Shown in pieces: positions 48,275 through 60,300 of a stretch of DNA of 64,000 nt (positions are counted from its first letter, which is position 1; each line of letters opens with the position of its first letter). The notes below the pieces were generated by a model, which saw nothing but the letters and a program-made list of their open reading frames with translations, made no database searches and was not told the origin of the DNA. The stretch is taken from assembly GCF_037042905.1 (NCBI RefSeq), contig NC_087245.1, forward strand, positions 42,286,001 to 42,350,000, given 5' to 3'. The position numbers and the translations under genes were made by a program. This DNA comes from Lytechinus pictus. Taxonomy: Eukaryota.

Positions 48275-48573
48275 TGGCCCGTATTCTGAACTTGGGTTTA
48301 AATTAAGCCCTGGTTTAAAGTGGTGGTTTAACTATGGCACGAATCCCCAACAGTAAACATTCAATTTATTAACTCATGACACCCAAATTGTTCATAATTG
48401 TCTCGGAATGATAATTGAAGTATTTTTATATGTTATGAATGCAAAATGAAACAAAATAGTAAAAACATAAGTAATATACAATATAAACAGAATTTTTGAA
48501 TTGTTGACTTCCCATAATTTTAGTACCGAGTTAGACCATGGTCTAAGCTAAACCCTACTTCAGAATACAGGCC
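48275..48573. mobile_element. Harbinger-like MITE
   Basis: ggcccgtattctgaa ... ttcagaatacaggcc; relative at about 33858-34165. Confidence 0.7.
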
Positions 48574-48911
48574 TATCAGTTTAGACCAGGGTGTGATCTA
48601 AAAGCCAGCTCTATCTATCATGTATGTATATATGTGCAATTGATTGTAATTTTAAATATTTTTATTAGTAAATGCACTCGTTGAATGAAGAAAAACAAAA
48701 TTGTTCATAATGCTTCTTTGTTGAGTAGAATTCTTGGGGGAAGGAGAGAGATGTTGTACAGTATGTGTGCATTATGAATAATGGAACGTTGCAAGAAGGA
48801 TAAATTAGAAAGTGTGATCAGTTTTTAATCAAGAGACTAAATCATACTTGTACACTGCAAACAATTTTACATTTCAGGACGTCATTATCAAGTAGCATTC
48901 AGTAACTTTAA

Positions 48912-49494
48912 AGGAGAATGAAACTCTTGGAGCAAGTTAGCTTTTGTGAAAGCAGAAAAATCAAAGAATAAGATCAACAAAAGTTTGAGTAAAATAGGAC
49001 TAGCAATAGAAGAGTTATGAGCATTTGAATGTCGAGATCACTAATGCTATGGAGATCCTCCCATTGGCAATGCGACCAAGATCTATCATGTCACAGATGA
49101 ACAACTCTCCCCTTTTGGACGCTGAAAATATACCCCAAAACATTTTTTTTTCTCATTCTAATCATATGACAAACGATTCATCAATGATATAATGTTGTGA
49201 AACCTCTGTACTTGTCCTCTCATAAAGAGAACACCTCACCTTGTGATAGACTCTATAAAAGTGAGAATATAAGTGAAATAAGTACTAAAGTAATGAGGGA
49301 GTTGTACGTGTGTGACATCACAGATCTTGGTCGCATTGCCAATGGGAGGATCTACATGGCATTAGTGATCTCAATATTAAAATGCTCATAACTTTCTTAT
49401 TATTCATTCAATCTTCCTCAAACTTTCAACAATATGTTTCTTTGATTTTTCTCTTTGATATGGATTCAGCTGGTTTCAAGGGTTTCATTCTCCT
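48912..49494 (+). mobile_element. Kolobok-like MITE family A, copy 3
   Basis: TTAA flanks, same TIRs, near-identical to copy 1. Confidence 0.9.
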
Positions 49495-51027
49495 TTAAAG
49501 CAAGGTAAACAAATGGACGGCTTTCTACATACAAAATTGAAATTCAACATCACACAAACATAAATAGAACTGTAGGGTATAAATATGTAAATAGAATTGA
49601 TCGTTGGGCATACAGAATATGAAAAATTGCATTTATCAAATATAATCTCCATATATTACATGATTTCACGAAAGACACATAACCGCTCATGGACGGACTT
49701 TGAAGCATAATATGTACATAAACTTACAAGACTATGAAAGACTGATTTCAAATTCTATATACATTTTGAAGAATCACTAAATTTACAACCCCTGGATGTG
49801 ATGTGAAACTGGTTATGAAAATCTGGGGATTGTTTCATGCATGTTGTCAGTAAACAGAGGCCAGTGCTTCTTAGCCAATCAAAAACAAGGATTTCAATGA
49901 AGCATCGCACTATATCTACACCCTTGTGTTTGAAAATGGGATTTCAAATTTGGTAGTGATTCCCGATGTACATTTTATAATCGAACTATATTCACAACCC
50001 CTCCTTATTCAAAATCACAATAAATACGCAACCCCGTCTTACAAAGAGTTGCGAATGATCAGTCGCAACTATGGAAAGCCAGCATAGTTAACATGCATGA
50101 TCAAATTCATTTCTAGATTTGATGTATATTCATAAATTCATTGATTTCTTGACAATTTTGTGTGTTCTCCTTTGAAAATTTTGCAAATTTCCTTTAAAAA
50201 AAATTATGACACTGACGGATTTATACAATTGATTGGAAATCGTAAATACATAATGAAGAATTACACTATAATTACAACCCCTGGATGTTTTTGAAATATA
50301 TAATAAGACCTTTTAAAAATCCGTAATGATACTTTAAGAATCACACTATATTCACAACCCATGGGAATTTAAAAATGATAGACTACCCAAAGTGATTTCA
50401 AATTTGGTAATGATATCTGACGTACATAATGAAAAATTACCAATTCAACCTTGTGTATAAGAAATCACAATAAGTTTCCTACAACCCCTGGGTGTTTGCA
50501 AATGATGATAGACGGTGATTTCAAATTTAGTTATTATAATATACTTCCAATATCAAGAATCACACAACATACTTCTACAGTATGTCTCTATTTCTAAGAC
50601 AACCACTTAAAAAAATTTGAGATGTTATATATGTTACAGTAGTAGAAAATATACATCTACATACCGTAAAGGTAGTAGATAATATACATACCATATTTCT
50701 AACAGAGAAATTTGAGATCAAATAATTCACCGAGATGCAAATAACCAGCTTAATAATAATAGTTTTTTTTTTTAGAATTCTCATCCTATAGTGCTAAAAA
50801 TGTATTATATCTAACATGGTCGGTGTTTCATAAACCTGTTGGCAAGTTTCAAGCAACTTAACAAAGGACTGGTCACCTTCTCTTAGGAACTAGATGAACA
50901 ACAACAAAAATATGGTTTGTATCATTTACCATATGAAAGGTTAACCAGTCGTTCATACAGTCGTTAGTAACTTACGAACAGCCTTATGAAACACCCTATC
51001 TGCCACTGGTGCAAGCAGACTAGACTC

Positions 51028-51375
51028 TTACATCTCTTCTACTTCACTGTTGGTGGGCGACGCCCCGCCAAGGTTATGAGGTACTTGCAGAGACGGCTGG
51101 GAGGTCATCTTGGATCCCTCTCCAAGCGACCCCGCCCCAAACGCTTCCCCCTTCCTCCGGAGGGCGGGGGACGGTGTCCCGGGGATGTTGAGCAGATCCT
51201 GGGATCCGATGCCCCCTTGGGTCTTGGGGCGGGTGCGGTCAATCCCCGCCCGGTCCAGGGAGAGTAGGTGTATGCTCTCTGCTGACCCCGCCCACTTCTC
51301 AAGACCAGAGGACTGGTTTTGGAGCGCAGCACGCAAGTCCTTGTCTAATCCAACCACGCCCATTTCACCAAATAC
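51028..51375 (-). CDS. OFCC1: OFCC1-like terminal exon
   Basis: tcacag|VFGEMGVVGLDKDLRAAL...SEVEEM*. Confidence 0.85.
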   Translation of the reverse strand, partial: VFGEMGVVGLDKDLRAALQNQSSGLEKWAGSAESIHLLSLDRAGIDRTRPKTQGGIGSQDLLNIPGTPSPALRRKGEAFGAGSLGEGSKMTSQPSLQVPHNLGGASPTNSEVEEM

Positions 51376-54300
51376 CTGTGAATAAATGATCAATATGGAT
51401 GATTAGAAAATTTCTGTTCAACTAAAGGCCGTTTCATTTCTTTATCATTCTCCCTAGGGAAATTTATCAGATTTTAGGATGTCAATTATTTAGATTACTT
51501 TTCTCATATTGCATGGGCTGAACCCACACAATTGATTTGGTCTTCTCTTTGGTCAGCACTCAGTCTAATTCCCACTTGGTATATTATCATTTATTATAAA
51601 TCCCTTAGAAAGGATCTTTCTAAGAACCCTCTATCGTGTCGCCCATCTTTTATGATGCGGTGTATGCGGAATATTTCTGAAATTTATGATAAACAAAATT
51701 TGTTAGCTAGCTTTTAAATAAAATTTTATACAGTTTTATAATAATTAAAAAAAACATAATACAAACAAAGATTTTATTCATGTCAACAAATATGTTTGTG
51801 CTTATTAACCCTATTTTAACTGGGCTATTTCAGACCAGGATATACTGGGGGCGGGGTCAATTTGACCGCCCCCAGATCCCGGCCGTACATTGTGCGATCG
51901 CCGCGAATATTTGCTCGTGCGTAGAGCCGGATGTAAACTACAAGACTGTATAGTAATATTTCCAAAAAATCAATTGTTTATAATTTTTATAAATTAAATT
52001 TGCCCCCGATTTTTTTGGGGGCATGTTTTTGCCTTTAACTCAATTTATATAGGTAGGAAAATGCTTATCTATGGTGAGAGTATCAATTTTTACATTTCTA
52101 ACAAATATCTACGCAAAAATGGCAAAAATATGATAAATTTTATATTTTATTGTTTTTTAATTCTTATGTATTTCTTTGTTTTTCAGACCTTTTGCGATCA
52201 AAAATAGCATAAAATGATTTTTGGTAGAAAACTCAATTTGCATTAGCTTTGTACACGTAATCACGTTTTTAATGCAATTTTTGGTCTGACATGCACTTAC
52301 AAAATGTTGCATAATTTTGTAACCGCACACCCGGACATCGCAAGATTTGTCTCAAAAGATGCGCAAGACTTGAAAGTAAAAAGTAAGTGAGCGGCACAGT
52401 AAAAAACTTCAATGTGACGGTGTAGTGACGAGAATTGTCGAAGGGGGGGGGGTCAAATGGATCCAAGATATGCACTTACCTCGACAATGGAGCCATCTGG
52501 GAGGCGTAAGAAATGTCGGAAGAGCTCTCGCAAGCCATCCAGGTGAAGGGTATGAACAGAGACATGAGTGGTGATCTCTCGCTTGCCTTCCTCCTCTTTG
52601 GACTTCTGTGGACTCTCATCATAGTTATCTTCCTCCTATAATATTGCAATGAATGAAGCACACAGAATAACTTACCCAATTTGATAAGCATTTACTGGTC
52701 ATATGAGGAAAGCTCCTACCCAACCTCTGTACAGTCCTATGTAAAATTCTACTACATAGTCTTTACATAATGTGGAGCAAACTGCCATGCGATACCAGAC
52801 AAATTATTCTCCAGGGGGTGTTTCATAAAGCTGTTCGTAAGTTAAGAGCGACTTTAAGAACGACTGGTGATCCTTTCTTGTGGTAAATTGTATATTCATT
52901 GGCGATGGAAAGGGCTGATTTCTTATGCTTGATTACATCAGGAATGCCAGTGGCAAATTGCTCTTGGGCCTGAAAATTTGTTTGTGAACTAAATTGATGT
53001 GCGCACATGACGAGCGCAAAGTCTTTTTGGCCGGGGTCCAGCTCTGGGGTTCTTAGATGCTCTTCGGTGCATTCTGAGCATATCTGAGGGATATTTTTCC
53101 CTCGTATCTAATCCAATTTTGGGGTCCTTTTTGATATACAAAAAATAAAAAATACATAAAAATTAAAACACAACACATTTTCTATTGTGATACTCATCAT
53201 GCTCAGATCTACATGTACATGTCCATGTAAATACAATTACAAACTTTAATACTCAAACGATGCGAGCTCTCGGGTCTCTGGCAAGGCGAAAAATTCATGT
53301 AAACTCATGAATTCATGTATAACACTCACAATCGGAAGACAAGTGTAAACTACTATTTTATAATGGCAATCAATGTTCCATCACACTTTCCAGACAATAA
53401 TGGTATCGTATTCTCCAAAGAAATGAAATTGTACCAAAAATAAAGAAGTCCCAGTGCTGTAAAACTCTGTATTTTTGCTTCGCTCTCACTCAGTTGACTC
53501 GATCGACTCACCACTCTCTCGAATCCCAGGCCAAGGGAGCTCCAGCCTGGCCCGGCACGCGAAGCTGGCCGGAGCTCCCTGGGTTAGATCTCTCAGCGCT
53601 TCAACGTACGTACACATCGCATAGAAACACTGCCACACGCTGTTTGCATCGCGATATCATGGCCATGTTGAGATACCCTACAGGTCATCGCGACATCGCG
53701 CTAGTTTTGCGTGACAGTCGTTTTGCAATATTCTTATGCCCAAATACACGGAACATACTTATGAAATTGTGAAAGTAAATGTCCGATTAGTTTAGATGAT
53801 CAGATCGGCCTGAAACCTGGAAATAACATCTCGAAGCCGGAAATTTGAAACCAAAATATTAAAAAGCCGGAATCCCGGCAATTGCCAGAAAGCTGGCATC
53901 CCTGTTACATAGATCAATCAAATACACAAGTGAAACTTATGATCAATTGATAAGCTTTGTGTCATGGGCCCATGCACAACATCAATCGAAAGTCGAAAGT
54001 CGAATAATCGCCTTATTCACAGCAAATCAAAATACATAAGGCATTTCTAAGCCGATTTTTGCCAAAGTCAAACAGAATTCTGTTGTCCCAAGAGAATAAA
54101 CTCAGGCAGAGTAACCTGTAATTTCATTTTGATACTCACATCCTCCTCTTCCCAAATGTAATCGTAGACGGCCACCTTGCGTCTCTCTCCTTCCTCGCCC
54201 CTCCACTGCTCTGCCTTGTTACAGATGTAAGCCAGCTCCTGGTTGCTGATCTCCAGGTCAAAGGGCATGAAGAAGTCGTCCTCTGCAGCGTGGAGACGGT

Positions 54301-57300
54301 GGTAGATGTCCAGCATGCGACCGTTATTGTGCAGCCTGTCAAAGAAAAGGATGCATGGATTTATCATCCTGGGGCCTGTCTCAACGATTTATAACTATCA
54401 TGGTAGTTTTTCCACTTATTGTAACTACCAAACCATAGAAACCTTGTTTGTGATTGGCTGCTGAATCCTGTTACCACAATGGCAAAGTTAAACATGGTAT
54501 ATCATGAGGTTGATCAGAATCCAATTAAACGACCATCTTTGAGTTCGTATGTACGTGCATGAATAAAAAATAAAATAAATGTGCCAAATGACTCTAGTAG
54601 AAAATGCTTAATTGCATGGACAAATCAGAGACTATGACTGCCGGAAAATTCAATTCCGAACAGCATGATGGCATCCATATGGAAACATCTTAGATGTCTT
54701 TTTTGATAACTGACCACTTGGCTTTTAAGGGTCAAAGATTGCAACTACAATGAGTTACCAGCTAGAATATTTGATTTGAATGCTGGACAAAGTAACTATC
54801 TGCCTTTTATCTGCCTGTCTAGCCAACCTAAAGCTTTGGTAAAGGTCAGTCATTTGCATCGCCATCATCTATCATTCCAATATTTAAATTTTGGCAACTA
54901 GCACCCTATCTTTGATAGTAATGTTTTATTTTTATTTATAAGTAACCCTTTGAAAAAGTACTTTACAAATTTAGTAATTGGATATAAGAAAGTCCCAGAG
55001 AAAGATTATATCCCAAAATTTACAGCCCTTACTAAAGGGGTCTTACATAAAAAATAAAAATATATGCATACATTTTATTTTTGTTGAGCACCCTATCAAA
55101 ATAAATTGATATAAAATCTGTGAATTTATCAAACAAAACACATCTAAATTTCATATCGTAACCATTTTGGGGCATTCACGTTCATAAAATCTACTAATGA
55201 ATTGAAATAGTGACATGCACTTTTCTGGGATTTACCAAAAATAAAGATATGTAATAACAAATCTTTGACAAGACACTCACCGCAGGAAGTACATGTAGAA
55301 GATGACACAGGTCAAGAAGGAGAGGAAGAGGATGATGGGAACTGTCAACAGGATACCCATCAGGCCATTGTCATGGATACGGTAGAAGTGGTAATAGAGT
55401 TTGGCTGCATCTGCTATGGGTACATCGCTGTCAGTATTGGAATAACGCTGGAGGATGAACCAAACAAACATGCATGACATTGTTGTGTTAAAAGAAACAG
55501 AAGTGACTGAATATGATGGAATAACAATAATTATGGGTCCACTAATATAGCACAGCTACAGTATGGATATTTCGTACTGCACTGATTATGATTTTATATT
55601 GCCACACTGGTTGCAGCTGAGCTGCCATATCGGCATTAAAGCATTCAAGGACTAAATGTGTACCATTCACCTCACCTGGATCGAGTGCAGTACACTATTG
55701 ATAAATTTCAGGCAGAAAGAAATTTAACGTCTGGAGTAGGATTGAAAACCATGGCCCTATGTCTGAAAGGTGAGAGCCAGAAAAACTGCACCATTACACT
55801 TCCATGAAGAAACACTCAATGCTTTGATACCAACTCTCAACAAGAGTCTGATATGCTAAATACACAAAGTCTCCATACTTTGAAACAGAGGGCCATGGGC
55901 TCGAATCCCAGCCATGGCGTAATTTTCCTTCAATATGAAATGGATCCACTATGTGCTGCACTCTACCCAGGAGAGGTAAATGGGTACCAGGCAGGGGTTC
56001 ATTCCTTGAAACGCAGTGTGCAAACCAGCTGCTCTGCTGAAGTCAGGGTAATTATCAGGGATGTTGTCAAGGCCGATACTTCACAAGGCCTCTGGATAAA
56101 ACCTTTTCCTATAGACTTTGTACATGTGATTAGGACCAAGGCCGATGCCAGGGCCGGCAAAATTTGGCCTCAAATACATCCCTGGTAATTATCCTGCATT
56201 ACTGGAGAGCGCTAAGAGACTTCTGATAAAGTAAGTGTTGATAAGGAGGTATAATCATCATAATCATCTAAATGAGTTGACTATTCTAGTCATAAAATGC
56301 AATTTAAATGAAAAAATGTACAAGTGCAAGAATTAAACTCCAACCTTACCCCAAGAGGCGCATCGATGATGGCGATGAGAAAGGGGTCGAGCAGGGTCAT
56401 GATGGAGAAGACGATGACGAACTTGCAGAAGAGGTCCGGGAAGTTCCCCACCACCTTCTGGAAGAGCCAACAGATGAATACGAGGAGGGACAGGATCACG
56501 ATGTTGGTCAGCGGTCCAAGGATGACCACTGCTACCTCTTCGCTGGTCTGCAGGAGAGACGACTGGTAGTTGAGGGTCACCGTGTAAGGCAGGAACTGGA
56601 ATCTATAATAAAGATAAGATTACAGCTGCTTGGTAAGTGAATTTTTTTTTTAATACCACTTTGTAAAATGTGTGTTTGATCCACAGTTTGGTCTAATCCG
56701 ACAAATCATTTTCCCCCAAACTAGTTTATTATGGTTAAGTACAATTTTGTCAAATGTGTGTTTGGTCCCTCGTTTTGGTTCATCCCATAAACAAACTATA
56801 CAATTTTCTCTAAAACCAGTTTATTTTGGTTTCATACCACTTTGTAAAATGTTTGGTCCAGAGTTTGGTCTCATCCCATAAAATGATTATATAACTTTTC
56901 TCTAAAACCAGCCTATTCGAAAGTCATTTTGTCTTAACTTCAATTAGCCTATAACAATCACTTTGTCTGTCTTAAAAATCAATAAAATAAAGTTGATTTA
57001 ATTTGATATTTGACTGTCCAATGTATTACTTCACAAATTGTTGGGAGTTTTTAGCAGCCCCACTAAAAGTCAATCATGTACGTTAATATACCCTATATTA
57101 AAGCCTTTAAACATGTCATAAAAGTTGTTTCTGTCATGAAATCCTCCAGGGGTGGTTCATAAAAATGGTGACGAATTCGAGCAGTGGTATTCACATCGCT
57201 ACAGAGTGTTTTTACAAATAAGAAGGCTTGCCGGCAATCTTTGATAAACATTAGACAGTAGGGAGTTTCTGCTTCCACGATGCAAAATGGAATCAAGAAC

Positions 57301-60300
57301 ATAGCAAATGCATTGAATATGCCAGTCAAATGACAATTAGCAGCTGGGAGGTCTTTGTTGAAAATCGGTGAGCCAGAGTTTTGTCCTAAGTTTCGGAGCT
57401 ACATGTCGTTGGTCCAGAGTCCAGGACGGAACTGTTGTTTTGATTGACGAATTTCCAACAAAGGCTTCTTGGTGGTTCACCGTCATGAAGGACATTTGAC
57501 AGTAGATATTCTATGTTCTTGAATCGGGCATCATGGAAGCAAGAACTCCCTAGTATCTGACAGGGTACTCACTTGCTGATAGGCACTGTGATGATGTTGA
57601 GGAAGGCCCACTGGCCTAGGTAATGAAGGTACATCCTGATGAAGAAGAGAACACACAGGAGCAGGATCAGGGTCCAGAACTCCCTGGACCGCCACTGGGA
57701 CAGGCCCAGCTCCGCAAAGAGCTGACGACTGATGTACTGGACCTTCTCGTGGCCCCGGCGAGCGGTGTGACCCTTCGTAGAGAACGGCTTCCTGGAGGTG
57801 GAAGAGAAATGAGAATACAAGACAAAGAAGTGAGTTGAGATGCAACAGTCAGTCAGTATAACTCACTGGGAAGGAAGAGAAGCCAAAACTGGTTAAAGCT
57901 CTCACATCTGCGGCTGTCCAATACATAAACCCGAGGACCGACATCTCTGAGATGTAGGAAGGTGAAGATGATAAACATTAGGGTGTTTGACATTACAAAA
58001 TGTTTTACATTTCCACATAAAACAGAGGTCTAGGATGATCAAAACAAACTGTTGCTTCTGGTTGTAACATACATGTACCGGGTAAATACAATACATGCAG
58101 TGTCTGGCGAAATAAACTTTATCAGATCTAGTAACATTTCTAATGACAGATCATGACGTTGTTTTAAAGTTTGTATGACACAGTATTGCATATAAGCAGT
58201 GTCGTATTCTTGCAGAGACAGAATAAGTTTCATCACACCTAGGTCTGTAGCATAAAAGAAAAACTCTTTTTTTTTGCCAGAGTTCTTTCATGTGCTGAGT
58301 GTCGATAGCATAATTTTCCAGAGTTTTTAATGGCAAAAGTTTTAGGCAACAGGATCAGCCAAGAAGTTGTCCATTATTACCTGGTTCAAACTGCAAGGAG
58401 GTGTACATCAAAGGGGGAATAATATTAGTTGCGCCCTGCATTGTCACATAACAAGGACATACATTTAGGTCTAGTTGCAGTATTTCATGTAAATCTCAAA
58501 GAATATTGATGACTTACTGCACAGCAAAGCCATGGGTGGCTAGCTCCTCAAGATGAGTGAGCTTCTTGCGTTTCTTGCGCTGGTTGAGTAGAGTTGTCTT
58601 GGGGATCATGGTGTACATGCGCCGGATGTAGTCGGTCTGCGGTGGGTTCAGGTGTTGCTGTATACAGGACAAATATACATCATTTGATTTAAAATCAATA
58701 CATGTACACTGTAGTGAAAATATGGAAACTGAAATGATGATTATTGCAATGTTCACAGTGCAGGAGATATGGACAGATTCTCTACAGGAACTACAGTGTA
58801 GACTGATTTGCCCTAATTCTCATTTTTTTCACATTTTGAGATGAAAAAAAAAATATTGATGATAAAGAAACAAATACCTATAAACAACATACCTTGTAGA
58901 AGAGTCCAGGTTCTCCCTTGACCGGTCGGAAGCCATCTTCCTTCTTCTTGATGTAATCTTCGTCGTCCTCATCCGACTCAGAGTCCGTGTCGAGGTAAGC
59001 CTTCTCGTACTTGCCCAGGAGCTTCCTGGATCCCACGGTGGTTGGAGGAGGGTCCTCGTCCTTTGGCTTGGTGCCACGGAAACGGACGCCTTCCGATGAT
59101 TCCAGGGTCTTGGTGGAGGCCTCGCTCTCCTGGAGTTTGGAAGGAGATTGATAGTGAGGTCATTGATTGATTAAGTGGTACCTCCATCTAGACCTGCTTC
59201 ATCTTCTTTCCATTTTGTCTCATTCCACTTGGTCTAATCATACTTTGTCTATTGACAGTTTGTCTATGGAAAGTTTTTCTAAGTAACATTTGGTCTAATG
59301 AAGTACATTCACTGTTTTATCCAATCTCAATTTAGGGTAAATTATAATGGCTAATATTCACTTGGGATACAGACAAAATCAATCTAACCAATGTAAAAAG
59401 TGGAACGCCTCTGGCTGTCTCGCCTACATTACGATACTTGATATAGCAGCAGTGTTGACTTTGAAAACAGCTATTGAATAATTATTCACAAAAGAAAACA
59501 CTCATATATGATAATAACATACTCTGTCCATTGACCCAAACTGACCTTTAACCTGATCATGTGACCTAAGATGTGCACAAAACAATAATTCATACTTGAT
59601 AACCCTTATGTCTATGTTTCATGAACCACGTGTGTAGATTCATAAACTTTCTAAGTTCAACAAATATACCCAACATGGCCAAAGTTCATTGACCTTAAAT
59701 GACCTTTGATCTTGCTCATGTGACATGAAACATGCAAAGGATGTTCAGGGATATTTAATTGCTCTTATGTCTAAGTTTCATGAACTATATCCATAAAATT
59801 ATAAAGTTATGATGACAATTCCACAAATACCCCTACAGTTCGTTGACCCTAAGTGACCTTTGACCTAGGTCAAGTGACCTAAAACTCAGGCAGGATCTTT
59901 AGTGATACACTATCACCCTTATGTCCAAGTTTCATGAACTAGGTCCATATACTTTCTAAGTTATGACGACATTTCAAAAACTTAGCCTTGGTTAAGATTT
60001 CAAAGTGGCGCTTATAGTCTGGCTCTGCTATGCAGGCGAGACAAAAATGCAACAGAAATTTGCAATTGATTGCAAATATTTTCTTGTATCACCCCCCTAT
60101 GTCTTGCATGGCAGGAGAGTAAAAAGACAATAGAATTTGCATACCAGTTTAATGCTGTCGTTGTCCTTCACACTGCCCTCACTGCTTATGAGACCAGCCT
60201 TGATGCTCCCTGTACCAACGCTGCTGCTACCTTCTCTTGGAGTAGATCCCTCTCCTTCTTCGCTGCCAAGACCAAAACTGACCTTTGACCCCTTGACATC

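Noticed and set aside
55890..55915. tRNA gene
   Set aside because: Only a B-box-like motif with no cloverleaf; part of a SINE.
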